Positions 18,214 through 28,580 of a DNA stretch of 64,000 nucleotides are shown here, in pieces (position 1 is the stretch's first letter; each line of letters starts with the position of its first letter). A model generated the notes under the pieces. It was given only the letters and a program-made list of their open reading frames with translations, was not told the DNA's origin and ran no database searches. The stretch covers positions 32,001 to 96,000 of the forward strand of contig CANMWZ010000004.1 of assembly GCA_947501605.1 (NCBI GenBank). Reading direction: 5' to 3'. Origin of the DNA: Planctomycetota bacterium (lineage in GTDB: Bacteria > Planctomycetota > UBA1135 > UBA2386). Position numbers and translations under genes: made by a program.

Positions 18214-19446
18214 ATGCAGCGCCGCGACCGAATCCCTCACCCCCAGCAGCCCCGCCCGGCCCCGATCCCGGACGGCTCCGTCGTGCAGCTCAATGCGCGC
18301 GCTACCTCGCTGTGGCGCCGTGGTCAGGCTTGGTACTACGCCGACGATCTCGTCGGACCCGTAGCAGGTGCCGCACTCGTCCGTGTCTACGATTTCGAAG
18401 GGCGGGCCTGCGGGCTCGGGTTCACTTCGGTCACCAGCAAGCTGGCGCTGCGCGCCTGCGGCACCTGGAGAGAAGGGCCGCTGCCAGACCGCATCGAGTT
18501 CTTTGCCGCTCGACTGCTGGCGGCGATCGAGCGCCGGGCCGGACAACTAGGCCCCGAAGACGGCGCCCGACTGGTGCACGGCGAAGCGGACGATCTCCCG
18601 GGCCTGGTCATCGATCGCTATGGACCGGTGCTGGTGTTGCAGACGACGGCGCCGTTCGTGGAGGCCAGCCTCGACGCGATTGTGCCGCTCTTGGTCGACA
18701 GGCTTGGTGCCGAAGCCGTGGTCGCGCGCAACGACGTGGCGGTGCGAAAGCTCGAGGGGTTGCCGCAAGAAGTTCGATTGCTGCACGGCAAGCGCATCGA
18801 GCAAGTCGTGATCGTCGAGGACGGGCTGCGGCACTTGGTCGAGCCGTTCACGGGACACAAGACCGGCTTCTATCTCGATCAGCGCCCGGCGCGGGCCTTG
18901 GTGCGTGAACTCGCCAAGGGCAAGAGGGTGCTCGACCTGTTCAGTTATCAGGGCGGCTTCTCGCTCTCGGCCCTCAAGGGCGGCGCGCAGTCGGCGTTGG
19001 CGATCGACCAGTCGGAACGCGCGCTCCAACTTGCCCAGCAGGGTGCGGAGCAGAACGGCCTCACCGGCTTGCAGACGGAACGCGCCAATGTGTTCGATTT
19101 CTTGCGCGGGCTCCGCGAAGGCGATCGCCAGTTCGACTTGATCGTGTTGGACCCGCCGGCGTTCGCCAAGAGCAAGCGCGAACTCGGCGGCGCGCTGCGC
19201 GGGTATCGCGATCTCAATCGACAGGCGCTGCGGTTGTTGGCTCCATACGGGTGGCTCGTGACGTGTTCGTGCAGCCACCATATGTCGCTGCCCGCCTTCG
19301 AAGACACGGCGAGGCAGTCCGCCGCAGGCTTGCCGTTCAAGGTGGCACTGCACCAGCGCCTCGGTGCGGGCTCGGATCACCCCGTGTGGCTGTCGATGCC
19401 GGAATCCGAGTACTTGAAGACCTTGCTGTTGCGGCGCATGGACTGA
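18214..19446 (+). CDS. RlmI/RlmK-type class I SAM-dependent rRNA methyltransferase
   Basis: HGEADDLPGLVIDRYG, GHKTGFYLDQR, VLDLFSYQGGF, LDPPAFAKSK, TCSCS, PESEYLK. Confidence 0.9.
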   Translation: MQRRDRIPHPQQPRPAPIPDGSVVQLNARATSLWRRGQAWYYADDLVGPVAGAALVRVYDFEGRACGLGFTSVTSKLALRACGTWREGPLPDRIEFFAARLLAAIERRAGQLGPEDGARLVHGEADDLPGLVIDRYGPVLVLQTTAPFVEASLDAIVPLLVDRLGAEAVVARNDVAVRKLEGLPQEVRLLHGKRIEQVVIVEDGLRHLVEPFTGHKTGFYLDQRPARALVRELAKGKRVLDLFSYQGGFSLSALKGGAQSALAIDQSERALQLAQQGAEQNGLTGLQTERANVFDFLRGLREGDRQFDLIVLDPPAFAKSKRELGGALRGYRDLNRQALRLLAPYGWLVTCSCSHHMSLPAFEDTARQSAAGLPFKVALHQRLGAGSDHPVWLSMPESEYLKTLLLRRMD

Positions 19447-19459
19447 CCAAGCTCTTGCA

Positions 19460-19675
19460 ATGGCAGAACTCGAACTGAACGTCACAGTCAATGGCGAGCC
19501 ACGAACGCTGTCGTCGCCCGCGACGATTCGTGACCTCGTCCTGATGCTCGGATTTCGTCCCGAGCAGGTTGCCGTCGAACGCAACAAGCAACTAGTGCGT
19601 CGCCAGGAACATGCCACCACGCAACTCGCAGACGGCGATCACATCGAAGTCGTGACGTTTTTTGGCGGCGGCTGA
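19460..19675 (+). CDS. thiS: Sulfur carrier protein ThiS
   Basis: VNGE...VAVERN...GDHIEVVTFFGGG with a C-terminal GG. Confidence 0.93.
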   Translation: MAELELNVTVNGEPRTLSSPATIRDLVLMLGFRPEQVAVERNKQLVRRQEHATTQLADGDHIEVVTFFGGG

Positions 19676-19840
19676 TCGCAAGCACTCCGAATTGCTGCTC
19701 GGCGTCATGTCCGCGGCGGGCGAGCTGCGGGTCTCCCAATGGGACCAAAGCGTGCTAGGGTCTTGATGGACTCGCAGCCTCAAAAGGGCTGTTCATGCTC
19801 GCCTCACGGCTGTCGCAGCCGGTTATTCGGAGACTCTTCC

Positions 19841-21217
19841 ATGCTGCTTCGATCCATGTCGTTGCGCCGATCCTTCGGGCGCACGTTCCGTTCTATTGCG
19901 AAGGCAGTGCCTTCGACCATTGCTGCGACTGCGTTGGCATTGTCTGGGCTGGCTCAGGCTCAGGCGCCCTCGTACGGCCCCCCTATGCCACCCAATGGGT
20001 TTCCGTCGCACTACTCGGATGGTCAGGGCCAGTCCTTGTCGCTGTGCCTCGCCAATCCCGCGATGTGTCTCTTGGACACACCCGTCGCCGATCCGACCCC
20101 AGGGGTTGCCTTCCCGGCGAACTATCGCGGCACGTTCCCCGACGAGTGCTTCTACTGGGTGGGCGAAACGTCGATGCCGACGGCCCGCGGCGGCCAGGCG
20201 CTGCTCGTGATGGCGCTCGAAGCCTCGTTCAGTACGGGCATCGTGTTGCCAGGGGATCAGACAACGTTCGCTCGCATGCGCCTGCGCATCGACAACCTTG
20301 TCGCGGGCGAGACCTATCACATCACGCACCCGTATGGACAGATCGACCTCGTCGCGACGGGTTCGGGCAATCGTGCGATCAACTACACCGATGACCTCGG
20401 TCTCGTGCCTGGCAACTTCGACCTCGCACTCGGAGGCAACATCTTCCCGTTCTTGCGATGGGATTCGGGCCTGCCGCTGCTCGATGCTCAGGGTCGAGAG
20501 TACATCGGTGACCCAAACATCGCGCACACGGTTACGGGCAGCCCGACGGGCAACAACTACTTCCGCGTCGAAGGCCTGAACGTTGGCGGCGTCGGCGTGA
20601 ACTTGATCCAGACGAACTTCTTCCACGTGCTCGGCATGGTGCAGCCGCCGGCGCCGCAGCCCGCCTTCACGGCGTCGGTCGCGCGCGGTGTGGCGCCGCT
20701 GGTCGTCGGGTTCCAGAGCCAGTCGACGGGCTCGATCACGAGCCACCAGTGGAACTTCGGCAACGGGCAGACCTCGAACCTAGTCAGCCCTACCTGTAGC
20801 TACACGACCCCGGGTCTCTACACCGTCAGCCTTACGGTCACGGGCCCCGGTGGTACGCGGACACACACCGTGCCCGACATGATCCAGGTTGATGTTCCGC
20901 CGCCGCTGATGACGCTGCTCCGCTCGGACGGCTCGGGCCAGCGCGCCCGCTTTCGCGTGACCGGCGCGAGCCCTGGCTGCAAGGCGGTCCTGGTCGGCGC
21001 CAGCGGTCTCGGAACGGCTCGCTTCCGCGCCGGCAGCGTGGACTTCGTGACCGGCCTGTCGCGACCGACGGAGGAGCGTGCCCGAGTATCGACTTCGGCC
21101 GGTGGTCTCGAACTCGAGGTGCGCCTGCCCATGTCGCCACCGGGAGCGCGGCGCTCCTACCAGATGCTCGATCCGGTGAGCGGTCTCGTCAGCAACGTCG
21201 TCACCGTCACCTTCTGA
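19841..21217 (+). CDS. Secreted PKD-domain protein with an uncharacterised N-terminal domain
   Basis: GGAG RBS before ATG 19841; signal region ending ...LAQAQA; PKD motif [27 protein letters not shown]...[18 protein letters not shown]. Confidence 0.78.
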   Translation: MLLRSMSLRRSFGRTFRSIAKAVPSTIAATALALSGLAQAQAPSYGPPMPPNGFPSHYSDGQGQSLSLCLANPAMCLLDTPVADPTPGVAFPANYRGTFPDECFYWVGETSMPTARGGQALLVMALEASFSTGIVLPGDQTTFARMRLRIDNLVAGETYHITHPYGQIDLVATGSGNRAINYTDDLGLVPGNFDLALGGNIFPFLRWDSGLPLLDAQGREYIGDPNIAHTVTGSPTGNNYFRVEGLNVGGVGVNLIQTNFFHVLGMVQPPAPQPAFTASVARGVAPLVVGFQSQSTGSITSHQWNFGNGQTSNLVSPTCSYTTPGLYTVSLTVTGPGGTRTHTVPDMIQVDVPPPLMTLLRSDGSGQRARFRVTGASPGCKAVLVGASGLGTARFRAGSVDFVTGLSRPTEERARVSTSAGGLELEVRLPMSPPGARRSYQMLDPVSGLVSNVVTVTF

Positions 21218-21279
21218 GTGACTCGGGGAGCGGGTGTCGGACTCTTGTTCTGGCACCCGCTGGAGCCCACGATCGTCGC

Positions 21280-22071
21280 GTGGCTCCGCTCGTCGACTCG
21301 CCGCTGGTCCTAGGCCAGCACTCCTTCACCTCGCGACTGTTTCTGGGCACCGGCAAGTACCGGGACCTGGAGACCATGGCCGAGGCCCTCGCGGTATCGG
21401 GCACGCAATGTGTGACGGTTGCAGTGCGCCGTCTCCAACTCGGCGTCCCGCAAGGCAAGTCGCTGCTCGATTACTTGCCGCGCGATCGCTACGTGCTGCT
21501 GCCCAACACGGCCGGTTGCTTTGACGCCGACCACGCAGTGCGAACAGCCCTGCTCGGTCGCGAACTCGGCATCGGCAGTCTGGTGAAGCTCGAGGTGCTC
21601 GGCGATCCAGAGACGCTGCTGCCCGATCCGATCGGCACGCTGGAGGCGGCCAAGATCCTCGTCAAGGACGGGTTCACGGTGCTGTGCTACACCAGTGATG
21701 ACCCCGTGTTGGCTCGCCGGCTCGAAGACGCGGGCGTGGCGGCCGTGATGCCGGCGGGTGCGCCGATCGGCAGCGGCCAGGGCATCCTCAACCCGAACAA
21801 CATCCGCATCATCCTCGAACGCGCGAAGGTGCCGGTGATCGTCGATGCCGGTGTCGGCACCGCCAGCGATGTCGCCGTTGCGTTCGAGCTCGGCGCGCAC
21901 GGCGTGTTGCTCAACACCGGCGTCGCGAGCGCGAAGGAGCCCGTGCGCATGGCGCGCGCGATGAAGGCCGCGGCCGAAGCGGGACGCGACGCGTTCCTCG
22001 CCGGGCGCATTCCGAAGAAGCTCTATGCCACTGCGTCGTCGCCGACGTCGGGCGTCATCGCCGGCGAATGA
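21280..22071 (+). CDS. thiG: Thiazole synthase
   Basis: [54 protein letters not shown]. Confidence 0.97.
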   Translation: MAPLVDSPLVLGQHSFTSRLFLGTGKYRDLETMAEALAVSGTQCVTVAVRRLQLGVPQGKSLLDYLPRDRYVLLPNTAGCFDADHAVRTALLGRELGIGSLVKLEVLGDPETLLPDPIGTLEAAKILVKDGFTVLCYTSDDPVLARRLEDAGVAAVMPAGAPIGSGQGILNPNNIRIILERAKVPVIVDAGVGTASDVAVAFELGAHGVLLNTGVASAKEPVRMARAMKAAAEAGRDAFLAGRIPKKLYATASSPTSGVIAGE

Positions 22072-22781
22072 GCGAGCAGCAGGCTCGCGCATCGGCGCTC
22101 GGCGCGACCGCTCGCATGTTCTGCGCGGCTTTCGTGCTCGTGTTCGCGCCCGCACTCGCACTGCAGTCGTGGGCGCGCCTCGTCGGTGCCGACGCCGAGG
22201 CGATCGCGACGGACGTGTCCGTCCGGATGGGCGCGATGTCGTTCGCTGCGATCGCGCTGCTGTTGCTGACGCGCGCGATGTCGCCGGGGCCCACGCTACT
22301 GCCCCTGCGGCCGAGCCCTGTCGTGTTGCGCTTCGTGCCGTTCTATCTCGCCTGGGCCGTGTTCGCGGTCGGGTGCATCGCGCTGCTGCACGCCGTCGGT
22401 GCATCGGCGGAGCCGCAGGAACAGCTCGTCTACCTGCAGCAGCACGGCATCGGCGAACTCCGCGGCGTGGTGGTCGCGCTCGGCGTCGTCGTCTTCGGTC
22501 CGCTCGCCGAAGAGATCTTCTTCCGCGGCTACCTGCAGGAACTCTGCGTCGCATGCGTCGGTGAACGCGCCGGGATCCTCGCCTGCGCCGCGCTGTTCGG
22601 CGTCGTGCATGGCGCGGCCTATGCGTTGCCGATCGCGGTGTTCGGCTGGTTCCTCGGCGATCTACGCCGTCGTCACGGATCGCTGCTCGCGCCGTGGCTC
22701 GCGCACGCGATGTTCAACGCAGTCAGCGTGTTCCTCGTCCTCTACTGGCCTGACTTCCTCGACTGGATGTATCCCCGATGA
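22068..22781 (+). CDS. CPBP family intramembrane glutamic endopeptidase
   Basis: [21 protein letters not shown] motifs in a multi-TM protein. Confidence 0.88.
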   Translation: MSEQQARASALGATARMFCAAFVLVFAPALALQSWARLVGADAEAIATDVSVRMGAMSFAAIALLLLTRAMSPGPTLLPLRPSPVVLRFVPFYLAWAVFAVGCIALLHAVGASAEPQEQLVYLQQHGIGELRGVVVALGVVVFGPLAEEIFFRGYLQELCVACVGERAGILACAALFGVVHGAAYALPIAVFGWFLGDLRRRHGSLLAPWLAHAMFNAVSVFLVLYWPDFLDWMYPR

Positions 22782-23302
22782 CCCCCGAGCCCCGCGAGTT
22801 TCGTGTCTATCCCGACATGGTTGGCCGCATGAAGCGCCGCGGCGATGCGATGGTCGCTGACAACGCGACCGTCGTCGGCGACGTGCGCCTGGGCCAGGAC
22901 GTCGGCATCTGGTTCGGCGTGACGATCCGCGGCGACGATGCGTCGATCACGATCGGCGACGAGTGCAACGTGCAGGACAACAGCTGCATCCACGTCGACG
23001 TGGATGCGCCGCTGGTCATGGGCCGCGGTGTAACCGTCGGCCACGGAGTCATCCTGCACGGCGTGGAGATCGGCGACTATGCCCTCATTGGGATGGGCGC
23101 CATCGTGCTCGGCGGTGCCAGGATCGGCGAGTACTCGATTCTCGGTGCCGGGGCGCTGATCAAGGAGAACGCGGTTATTCCACCCCGCTCACTCGTCGTC
23201 GGCCTTCCTGGAAGAATCGTCCGTCAGGTCACCGACGAGGAAATGGCGCACCAACGTTGGCGTGCCGCGCACTACGTCGAGCGCGCTCGAACCTATCTTT
23301 GA
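22778..23302 (+). CDS. Gamma carbonic anhydrase family (YrdA/PaaY-like) protein
   Basis: VVGDVRLG, IRGD, NVQDNSCIH, VTVGHGVILHG hexapeptide repeats with three His ligands. Confidence 0.92.
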   Translation: MTPEPREFRVYPDMVGRMKRRGDAMVADNATVVGDVRLGQDVGIWFGVTIRGDDASITIGDECNVQDNSCIHVDVDAPLVMGRGVTVGHGVILHGVEIGDYALIGMGAIVLGGARIGEYSILGAGALIKENAVIPPRSLVVGLPGRIVRQVTDEEMAHQRWRAAHYVERARTYL

Positions 23303-23450
23303 ACCGCAGACCAGGAAACGGCAGGATAGCCCGCTTGCACGCTTCTGCCGCACGATTGCGCCGATCGTCCCGGCCGCAGACTTGAATCGAACGGCCTCCT
23401 CCTTGTATCGATGGTAGTGTTCTCCATCTCACCTGGAGAGGACTCCGACT

Positions 23451-25664
23451 ATGAATTGCCTGCGCGCTGCGTCCTGTATCATTCTTGCGATGGCAGCGGC
23501 CTGTGCCCGCCATGACAATGCCACTTCTCCGGTAGTCTCGGTTGGCTCGAACCCCCGCTTCGAGACCCGGACCGAGATCGCGACCGGCGTGCTCTACCAC
23601 GCCGATGATGCCGTCGCCGACTTCAACAATGACGGCAACGTCGACCTCGCCGTCGGCGGCTTCGACGGCCAACTGCAGATCCTGCTCGGCCAAGGTCCGG
23701 TGTTCACGGCGGCGCAGTCACTGGCACTCGGTGGCGTCGTGATCTGGATCGACAAGTCCGACTTCGATAGCGACGGCGACATCGACCTCGTCGTCCTGCG
23801 GCGCGAAGCTCAGGAAGTGAACGTGCTGTTCAACAACGGCAGCGCTCAGTTCTCGCCGGGGCCGTCCTTTGCAATCGGTTCGGAGTCGCTGCAGGTCCTC
23901 GCTGCAGACGCCACGGACGACGGCGTAACCGACCTGCTCGTGTCGCGGCCGTACTCGCCGGAGATCCAGGTGTTGGTCGGTGACGGTCAAGGGGGCTTCA
24001 CGCCGGGCCAATCGATCACGCTGCCAGGTGGCGGCCAGTCGTTCACCATGGCCGTCGGTGACCCGACGCGCGACTCGGTCAATGACCTCGTGGTCGCCGA
24101 TCCGACTCTCAACCGCGTCCTGGTGTTCCCGGGGCTCGGCAACCAGCCGGCCTTCGATTCCAACGCGACGATCCTCGTGGTCCCGGGTGGCCCCGCCGCT
24201 TGCGCCGTCGGCGACCTCAGCAGCGACGGCTTCGACGACATCGTCGTCTCGGCCTACCTTGCCAACCGCTTCGTGGTCATCACTGGCTTCGTCCCGGCCA
24301 TCGGGGAGACGACCTACACGTCGACTTTCGTTCCGGCCGAAGGCCGCGCCTCGCTGACGACCATTGGCGACGTCACCGGTGACGGTCGCAACGACCTGAT
24401 CGCCTGCGTCATCGACCGCGCCAGCGTCTTGATCGCGCCGCAGATTGCCGGGGGTGCGCTCGGCGCGCCAATCCAGCTCGACTCGACCGGCCTCCCGCTG
24501 CGTCCGTCGGTGGTCGACATTGACCGCGACCTCAAGAACGACCTGATCGTCCTGTCCGGTCTCGGCGATCGCATCAACATGTGGCGCGCGGGTTCCACGA
24601 GTGGGCTGCTCGGCGCTCGCAGTTACGACAGCGGCCTGATCGAAGCCGCTCTGGCTGTCAGCGTCGACTTCGACGGCAATGGGCAGCCCGAGGTCGTGGT
24701 CGGCGATCCTCACGAAACGAGGTTGTCCATCCTGTCGAGCAGCTCGGACCTCACTCTGAGCGCCCCGACTTTCCTCGAAATGGGCGCCGACGTGCTGCAG
24801 ATCCGGGTCGTTGACCTCGATCGCGATGGCCGCATGGACCTGGTGGTTCCGTGCCGCTTCGGGGTCAAGCTCGTGCGCAACCGCTCGACGCTCGGCAACG
24901 TGCTCCTGGAGGTGATTCCTGGGGTCTCGTCCAGCTTCGGCGGCGGCGACCTCCCGCTTGGCGCGTCCGCGGTCGATCTCAATCGCGACGGCTTCCTCGA
25001 CCTTGTGGTTGCGGACTATGCCACCGGCGACCTGCGGGTCCTGCGCGGCAACAGCACGCCCTTCGACTATTCAGCCGCGCCGCAGTTGATTGCGCTGGGC
25101 GGCGGCCCGGTCGACGTTGTGGCGGCCGACTTCACTGGCGACGGCATCTCCGACCTGGCAGTCTCGCGCCGCTTGCTCTCGGACATCGTCCTGCTGCGCA
25201 ACGACGGCGCCGGCAACCTGACGCAGCTCATCAGCATCCCGGTTGGTGCGTCCCCGAACTTCCTGCTCACCGCCGACTTCAACACCGACAAGCGTGCAGA
25301 CCTCGTCGTTGCCAACGGTGACGACGACACGATCACGGTGCTGTTCGGCGGCATCCAGGGTTTCAGCAGCGCCAGCTACGCTGCGGGCAACTTCCCCAGC
25401 GCCCTGCTCGTGGAGGACCTGACAGGTGACGGACTCGTCGACATCCTGGTGGCGTCGCGCCTTGGCGAGGACTTCCGCGTGCTGGTGGGCAACGGTCAAG
25501 GCGGCTTCGGCAACGTCTTCCCCTTCCCCGGCACCCTTGGGGCTTCGTCGGTCACGATGAACGACCTGGATGGCGACGGCGACCGCGAATTGTTGATCTC
25601 CAGCGTCTGGAACAACCGAGTCTCGGTGGTCCGCAGCCTGCAGCAACAGCCCCAGCCGGAATGA
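23451..25664 (+). CDS. FG-GAP/VCBS-repeat lipoprotein
   Basis: Lipobox-like IILAMAAA-C; about 13-14 DxxxDGxxDL repeats (DFNNDGNVDL, DFDSDGDIDL, DLDRDGRMDL, DLTGDGLVDI...). Confidence 0.9.
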   Translation: MNCLRAASCIILAMAAACARHDNATSPVVSVGSNPRFETRTEIATGVLYHADDAVADFNNDGNVDLAVGGFDGQLQILLGQGPVFTAAQSLALGGVVIWIDKSDFDSDGDIDLVVLRREAQEVNVLFNNGSAQFSPGPSFAIGSESLQVLAADATDDGVTDLLVSRPYSPEIQVLVGDGQGGFTPGQSITLPGGGQSFTMAVGDPTRDSVNDLVVADPTLNRVLVFPGLGNQPAFDSNATILVVPGGPAACAVGDLSSDGFDDIVVSAYLANRFVVITGFVPAIGETTYTSTFVPAEGRASLTTIGDVTGDGRNDLIACVIDRASVLIAPQIAGGALGAPIQLDSTGLPLRPSVVDIDRDLKNDLIVLSGLGDRINMWRAGSTSGLLGARSYDSGLIEAALAVSVDFDGNGQPEVVVGDPHETRLSILSSSSDLTLSAPTFLEMGADVLQIRVVDLDRDGRMDLVVPCRFGVKLVRNRSTLGNVLLEVIPGVSSSFGGGDLPLGASAVDLNRDGFLDLVVADYATGDLRVLRGNSTPFDYSAAPQLIALGGGPVDVVAADFTGDGISDLAVSRRLLSDIVLLRNDGAGNLTQLISIPVGASPNFLLTADFNTDKRADLVVANGDDDTITVLFGGIQGFSSASYAAGNFPSALLVEDLTGDGLVDILVASRLGEDFRVLVGNGQGGFGNVFPFPGTLGASSVTMNDLDGDGDRELLISSVWNNRVSVVRSLQQQPQPE

Positions 25665-25731
25665 TCCTCGCCACAGACGGGCGCGTGGCGGTGGCGCCGC
25701 GTGCCTTGCTGTGCGATGGTGCGCCCTGCCC

Positions 25732-26691
25732 ATGAAGACCTCCGCCGACTACCAGGGCGTGATCCTCGCTGCCGGCAAGGGAACGCGCATGCGTCCCTTC
25801 TCCGAGCACTGGCCCAAGCCGATCCTGCCGGTGCTCGGCAAACCGCTGATGGTGCATCAGCTCGACATGATGGCATCGCTCGGTGTGCGCGATGTCGTGA
25901 TCGTGATCGGGCACCTCGGGCACGAAGTCGTCCGGACGCTCGGTGACGGCAGCCGATTCGGCCTGCGCCTGCGTTACGTCGAGCAGGAGGAGACCCTCGG
26001 GATCGCCCACGCAGTCTCACGGCTCGAGCCGCACGTCGATCGGCCGTTCTTCTTGTTCCTGGGCGACATCTTCTTCGGCACCGAGAACTTCACGGCGATG
26101 GTGGAGCCGCTGGCGTCGGGGCGCGCGCAGGGCGTCCTCGCCTGCAAGCGCGAACCGGATCTTGCCAAGATTCGCCGCAACTTCGTGGTGCTGAATGGCC
26201 CGGACGGCCGGGTTCAACGCGTCATCGAGAAGCCCCGCCACCCGCGCACCGATCTGAAGGGCTGCGGTATCTACCTGTTCGACCTCGCCTTCTTCGACGC
26301 CGTGCGCCGCACGCCGCGAACGGCGATGCGCAACGAGTATGAGATCACCGACGCGATTCAGATCTTCATCGACGACGGCTACCGCGTGGAATCTGCCGAG
26401 GTCGTCCGCGAAGACATCAACGTCAGCTTCCCACCGGACTTGCTGGAGCTGAATCTGCGCATGCTCGATCGCCTCGGCCAGGCGAATTGGTTTGGTGCCA
26501 GTGTCGAAGTCGAGCCCGGTGCCCTGCTGGAGCGCACCGTGGTGATGGACGGGGCTTCCGTCGAAGCCGGCACGGCGCTGACCGAGTGCCTCTTGTTCCC
26601 TGGGGCCAAGGTGCTCAGCGGCAAGGTTGCGCACCGCACGATCTTCACGGCGGAGTCCGAGATCCGCTGCGGCGCGACCGACCTGTCGTAG
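25732..26691 (+). CDS. Sugar-phosphate nucleotidyltransferase (glucose-1-phosphate thymidylyltransferase-like)
   Basis: ILAAGKGTRMRP...PKP, LGIAHAV, LGD, IEKP, RNEYEITDAIQ. Confidence 0.88.
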   Translation: MKTSADYQGVILAAGKGTRMRPFSEHWPKPILPVLGKPLMVHQLDMMASLGVRDVVIVIGHLGHEVVRTLGDGSRFGLRLRYVEQEETLGIAHAVSRLEPHVDRPFFLFLGDIFFGTENFTAMVEPLASGRAQGVLACKREPDLAKIRRNFVVLNGPDGRVQRVIEKPRHPRTDLKGCGIYLFDLAFFDAVRRTPRTAMRNEYEITDAIQIFIDDGYRVESAEVVREDINVSFPPDLLELNLRMLDRLGQANWFGASVEVEPGALLERTVVMDGASVEAGTALTECLLFPGAKVLSGKVAHRTIFTAESEIRCGATDLS

Positions 26692-26759
26692 CGCTGGTGA
26701 CGTAGCGAAGGGTTGCAACCGCGACGAGGCGGCGCGACGTTCTCAGGCTGGAGGCGTCC

Positions 26760-28349
26760 ATGCTGACCCTGCTCGTGCTCGCGCTGTTGCCGCTGCCCCA
26801 GGATCTCGTCCTGCGGGATGCGACGATCTACACCGGAACGTCGAACCCCTGGCGCGGCGATCTCGTCGTACGCGACGGGCGCATCGCGGCGCCCGGGACG
26901 GTGCCACAGGAAGGCGTGCCCATTCGCGACCTCAAGGGTGCCTTTGTGATGCCGGGGTTGCAGGACGCCCACGGGCACCTGCTGGGCCTCGGGACGGCGA
27001 TGGAGGAGGTGGATCTGTTTGGTGCCAAGAGCTATGCCGAAGTGATCGCCCGCGTGCGTGCCGCGGCGACGCGGGCCCACCCTGGCGATTGGGTCATCGG
27101 GCGCGGCTGGGACCAGAACGACTGGCCGGACCCGCAGATGCCGCACCATCGCGACTTGTCAGCGGCGACCCCCGACAATCCTGTCTGGCTGGTGCGCGTC
27201 GACGGTCACGCTGCACTCGCAAACGCGCGCGCTTTGGCCGGCGCTGGCCTGAAGAAGGGAACCGCGGCGCCAAGCGGCGGCGACATCCTTCTCGACGAGG
27301 ACGGCGAGCCGAGCGGCGTTCTGGTCGATCGGGCGATGGGCCTTGTCTCGCTGCCGGCGCCTTCGCCCGAGGCTGTTCGTCGTCGGCTGCTGGCCGCCCA
27401 AAGGCAGTGCGTCCTCGTTGGGATCACCTGCGTTCACGACGCCGGGGTCAGCGCTGCAGAGGCCGATGTGATCCGTGCCCTCCACGCCGAGAAGCAGTGG
27501 CACTTGCGCAGCTATCTGATGCTCTCCGCGAGCCAGACCGCGGCGATTGCGAAGGGGCCCTCACAGACGGCGGATGCGCTGGTGCAAGTGCGCGCCGTGA
27601 AGGCCTATGCCGACGGCGCCCTCGGTTCGCGAGGGGCTCTGCTGCTGGAGCCCTACGCCGACAAGCCGGGCAATCGCGGCCTGCCGCTTTCGGCCGGGTT
27701 GGCGGAAGTCGCGCAATTGTGTGCCGACTCCAGCATGCAATTGTGCGTGCATGCGATCGGCGATGGCGCGAATCGAAAGGTCCTCGATGTCTTCGCGGCG
27801 ACGACCTTCGCAGCCGGCGGTCGCCAGAACGCACGATGGCGCATCGAGCACTGCCAGGTCGTCGCGGTGGTCGATCGCCAGCGCTTCGTCGAGCTCGGCG
27901 TGGTGCCGTCGATGCAGCCCACGCACCTGACGTCCGACATGCCGTGGGCGCGTTCGCGCCTGGGCGAGGAGCGCATCGCTTCAGCCTATGCGTGGCGCGC
28001 CTTCCACGAACTGGGGCTGCCGGTTGCGTTCGGTAGCGACTTCCCGGTCGAGAGCGTCGACATCCGGAAGGGGCTCTTTGCGGCGGTCACGACCAAGGCC
28101 GCCGTCGGCAGCGAAGCCCTGCGGCCCGACCAGCAGCTCGATCGCGAAGCCGCGATGCGCGGGTTCACGCAGCACGCCGCGTTCGCGATGTTCGCGGAAG
28201 CCGAACTGGGCACCATCGAGTCGGGCAAGCGGGCAGACCTGACGGTGTTCGACCGCGACCTGCGCACCTGCCAAGAGGCCGAACTGCTGACGGCGAACGT
28301 GCTGCTGACCATCGTTGATGGCAAAGTCGTCTACGAGGCCGGCAAGTAG
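26760..28349 (+). CDS. YtcJ-like metal-dependent amidohydrolase, probably exported
   Basis: PGLQDAHGH, RVDGH, DGALGSRGA, HAIGD, RIEHCQ, SMQPTH, GSDFPVE. Confidence 0.9.
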   Translation: MLTLLVLALLPLPQDLVLRDATIYTGTSNPWRGDLVVRDGRIAAPGTVPQEGVPIRDLKGAFVMPGLQDAHGHLLGLGTAMEEVDLFGAKSYAEVIARVRAAATRAHPGDWVIGRGWDQNDWPDPQMPHHRDLSAATPDNPVWLVRVDGHAALANARALAGAGLKKGTAAPSGGDILLDEDGEPSGVLVDRAMGLVSLPAPSPEAVRRRLLAAQRQCVLVGITCVHDAGVSAAEADVIRALHAEKQWHLRSYLMLSASQTAAIAKGPSQTADALVQVRAVKAYADGALGSRGALLLEPYADKPGNRGLPLSAGLAEVAQLCADSSMQLCVHAIGDGANRKVLDVFAATTFAAGGRQNARWRIEHCQVVAVVDRQRFVELGVVPSMQPTHLTSDMPWARSRLGEERIASAYAWRAFHELGLPVAFGSDFPVESVDIRKGLFAAVTTKAAVGSEALRPDQQLDREAAMRGFTQHAAFAMFAEAELGTIESGKRADLTVFDRDLRTCQEAELLTANVLLTIVDGKVVYEAGK

Positions 28350-28507
28350 CGCGGGCGCAGCTCGCGACGGCTGCGGCGCGCGCCCACGTTTGGGACCAGC
28401 AAGTCAGCGCGCCAGCACATGTGCAGGCCACCGAGCCCGGGAGCCAGCAAGAGCGCCAGCGGATGGGGTGATCCGTCGGTTCAGCGGGCCAGCAAGCAGC
28501 AGAAAGC

Positions 28508-28550
28508 AGAACGGGCCCGCTCCGCGCAGGTCGCGGAGCGGGCCCGTTCT
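28508..28550. terminator. Strong hairpin between convergent genes (intrinsic terminator)
   Basis: AGAACGGGCCCGCTCCGCG / CGCGGAGCGGGCCCGTTCT is a perfect 19-bp stem with a 5-nt loop, 30 bp after the stop of the minus-strand gene. Confidence 0.8.
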
Positions 28551-28580
28551 CGAGCGCTGCAGTGCGCCCGTGCGCTGGGT

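Noticed and set aside
19673..19841. thiS stop is TGA and the frame stays open into the PKD gene, suggesting a Sec read-through fusion
   Set aside because: ThiS needs a free C-terminal GG, the linker does not look protein-like, the PKD gene has its own RBS and signal peptide, and open frames are common at this GC content.
23451..25664. Periodic GAC/GAT-rich DNA repeats
   Set aside because: Fully explained by FG-GAP protein repeats; not a DNA repeat array.
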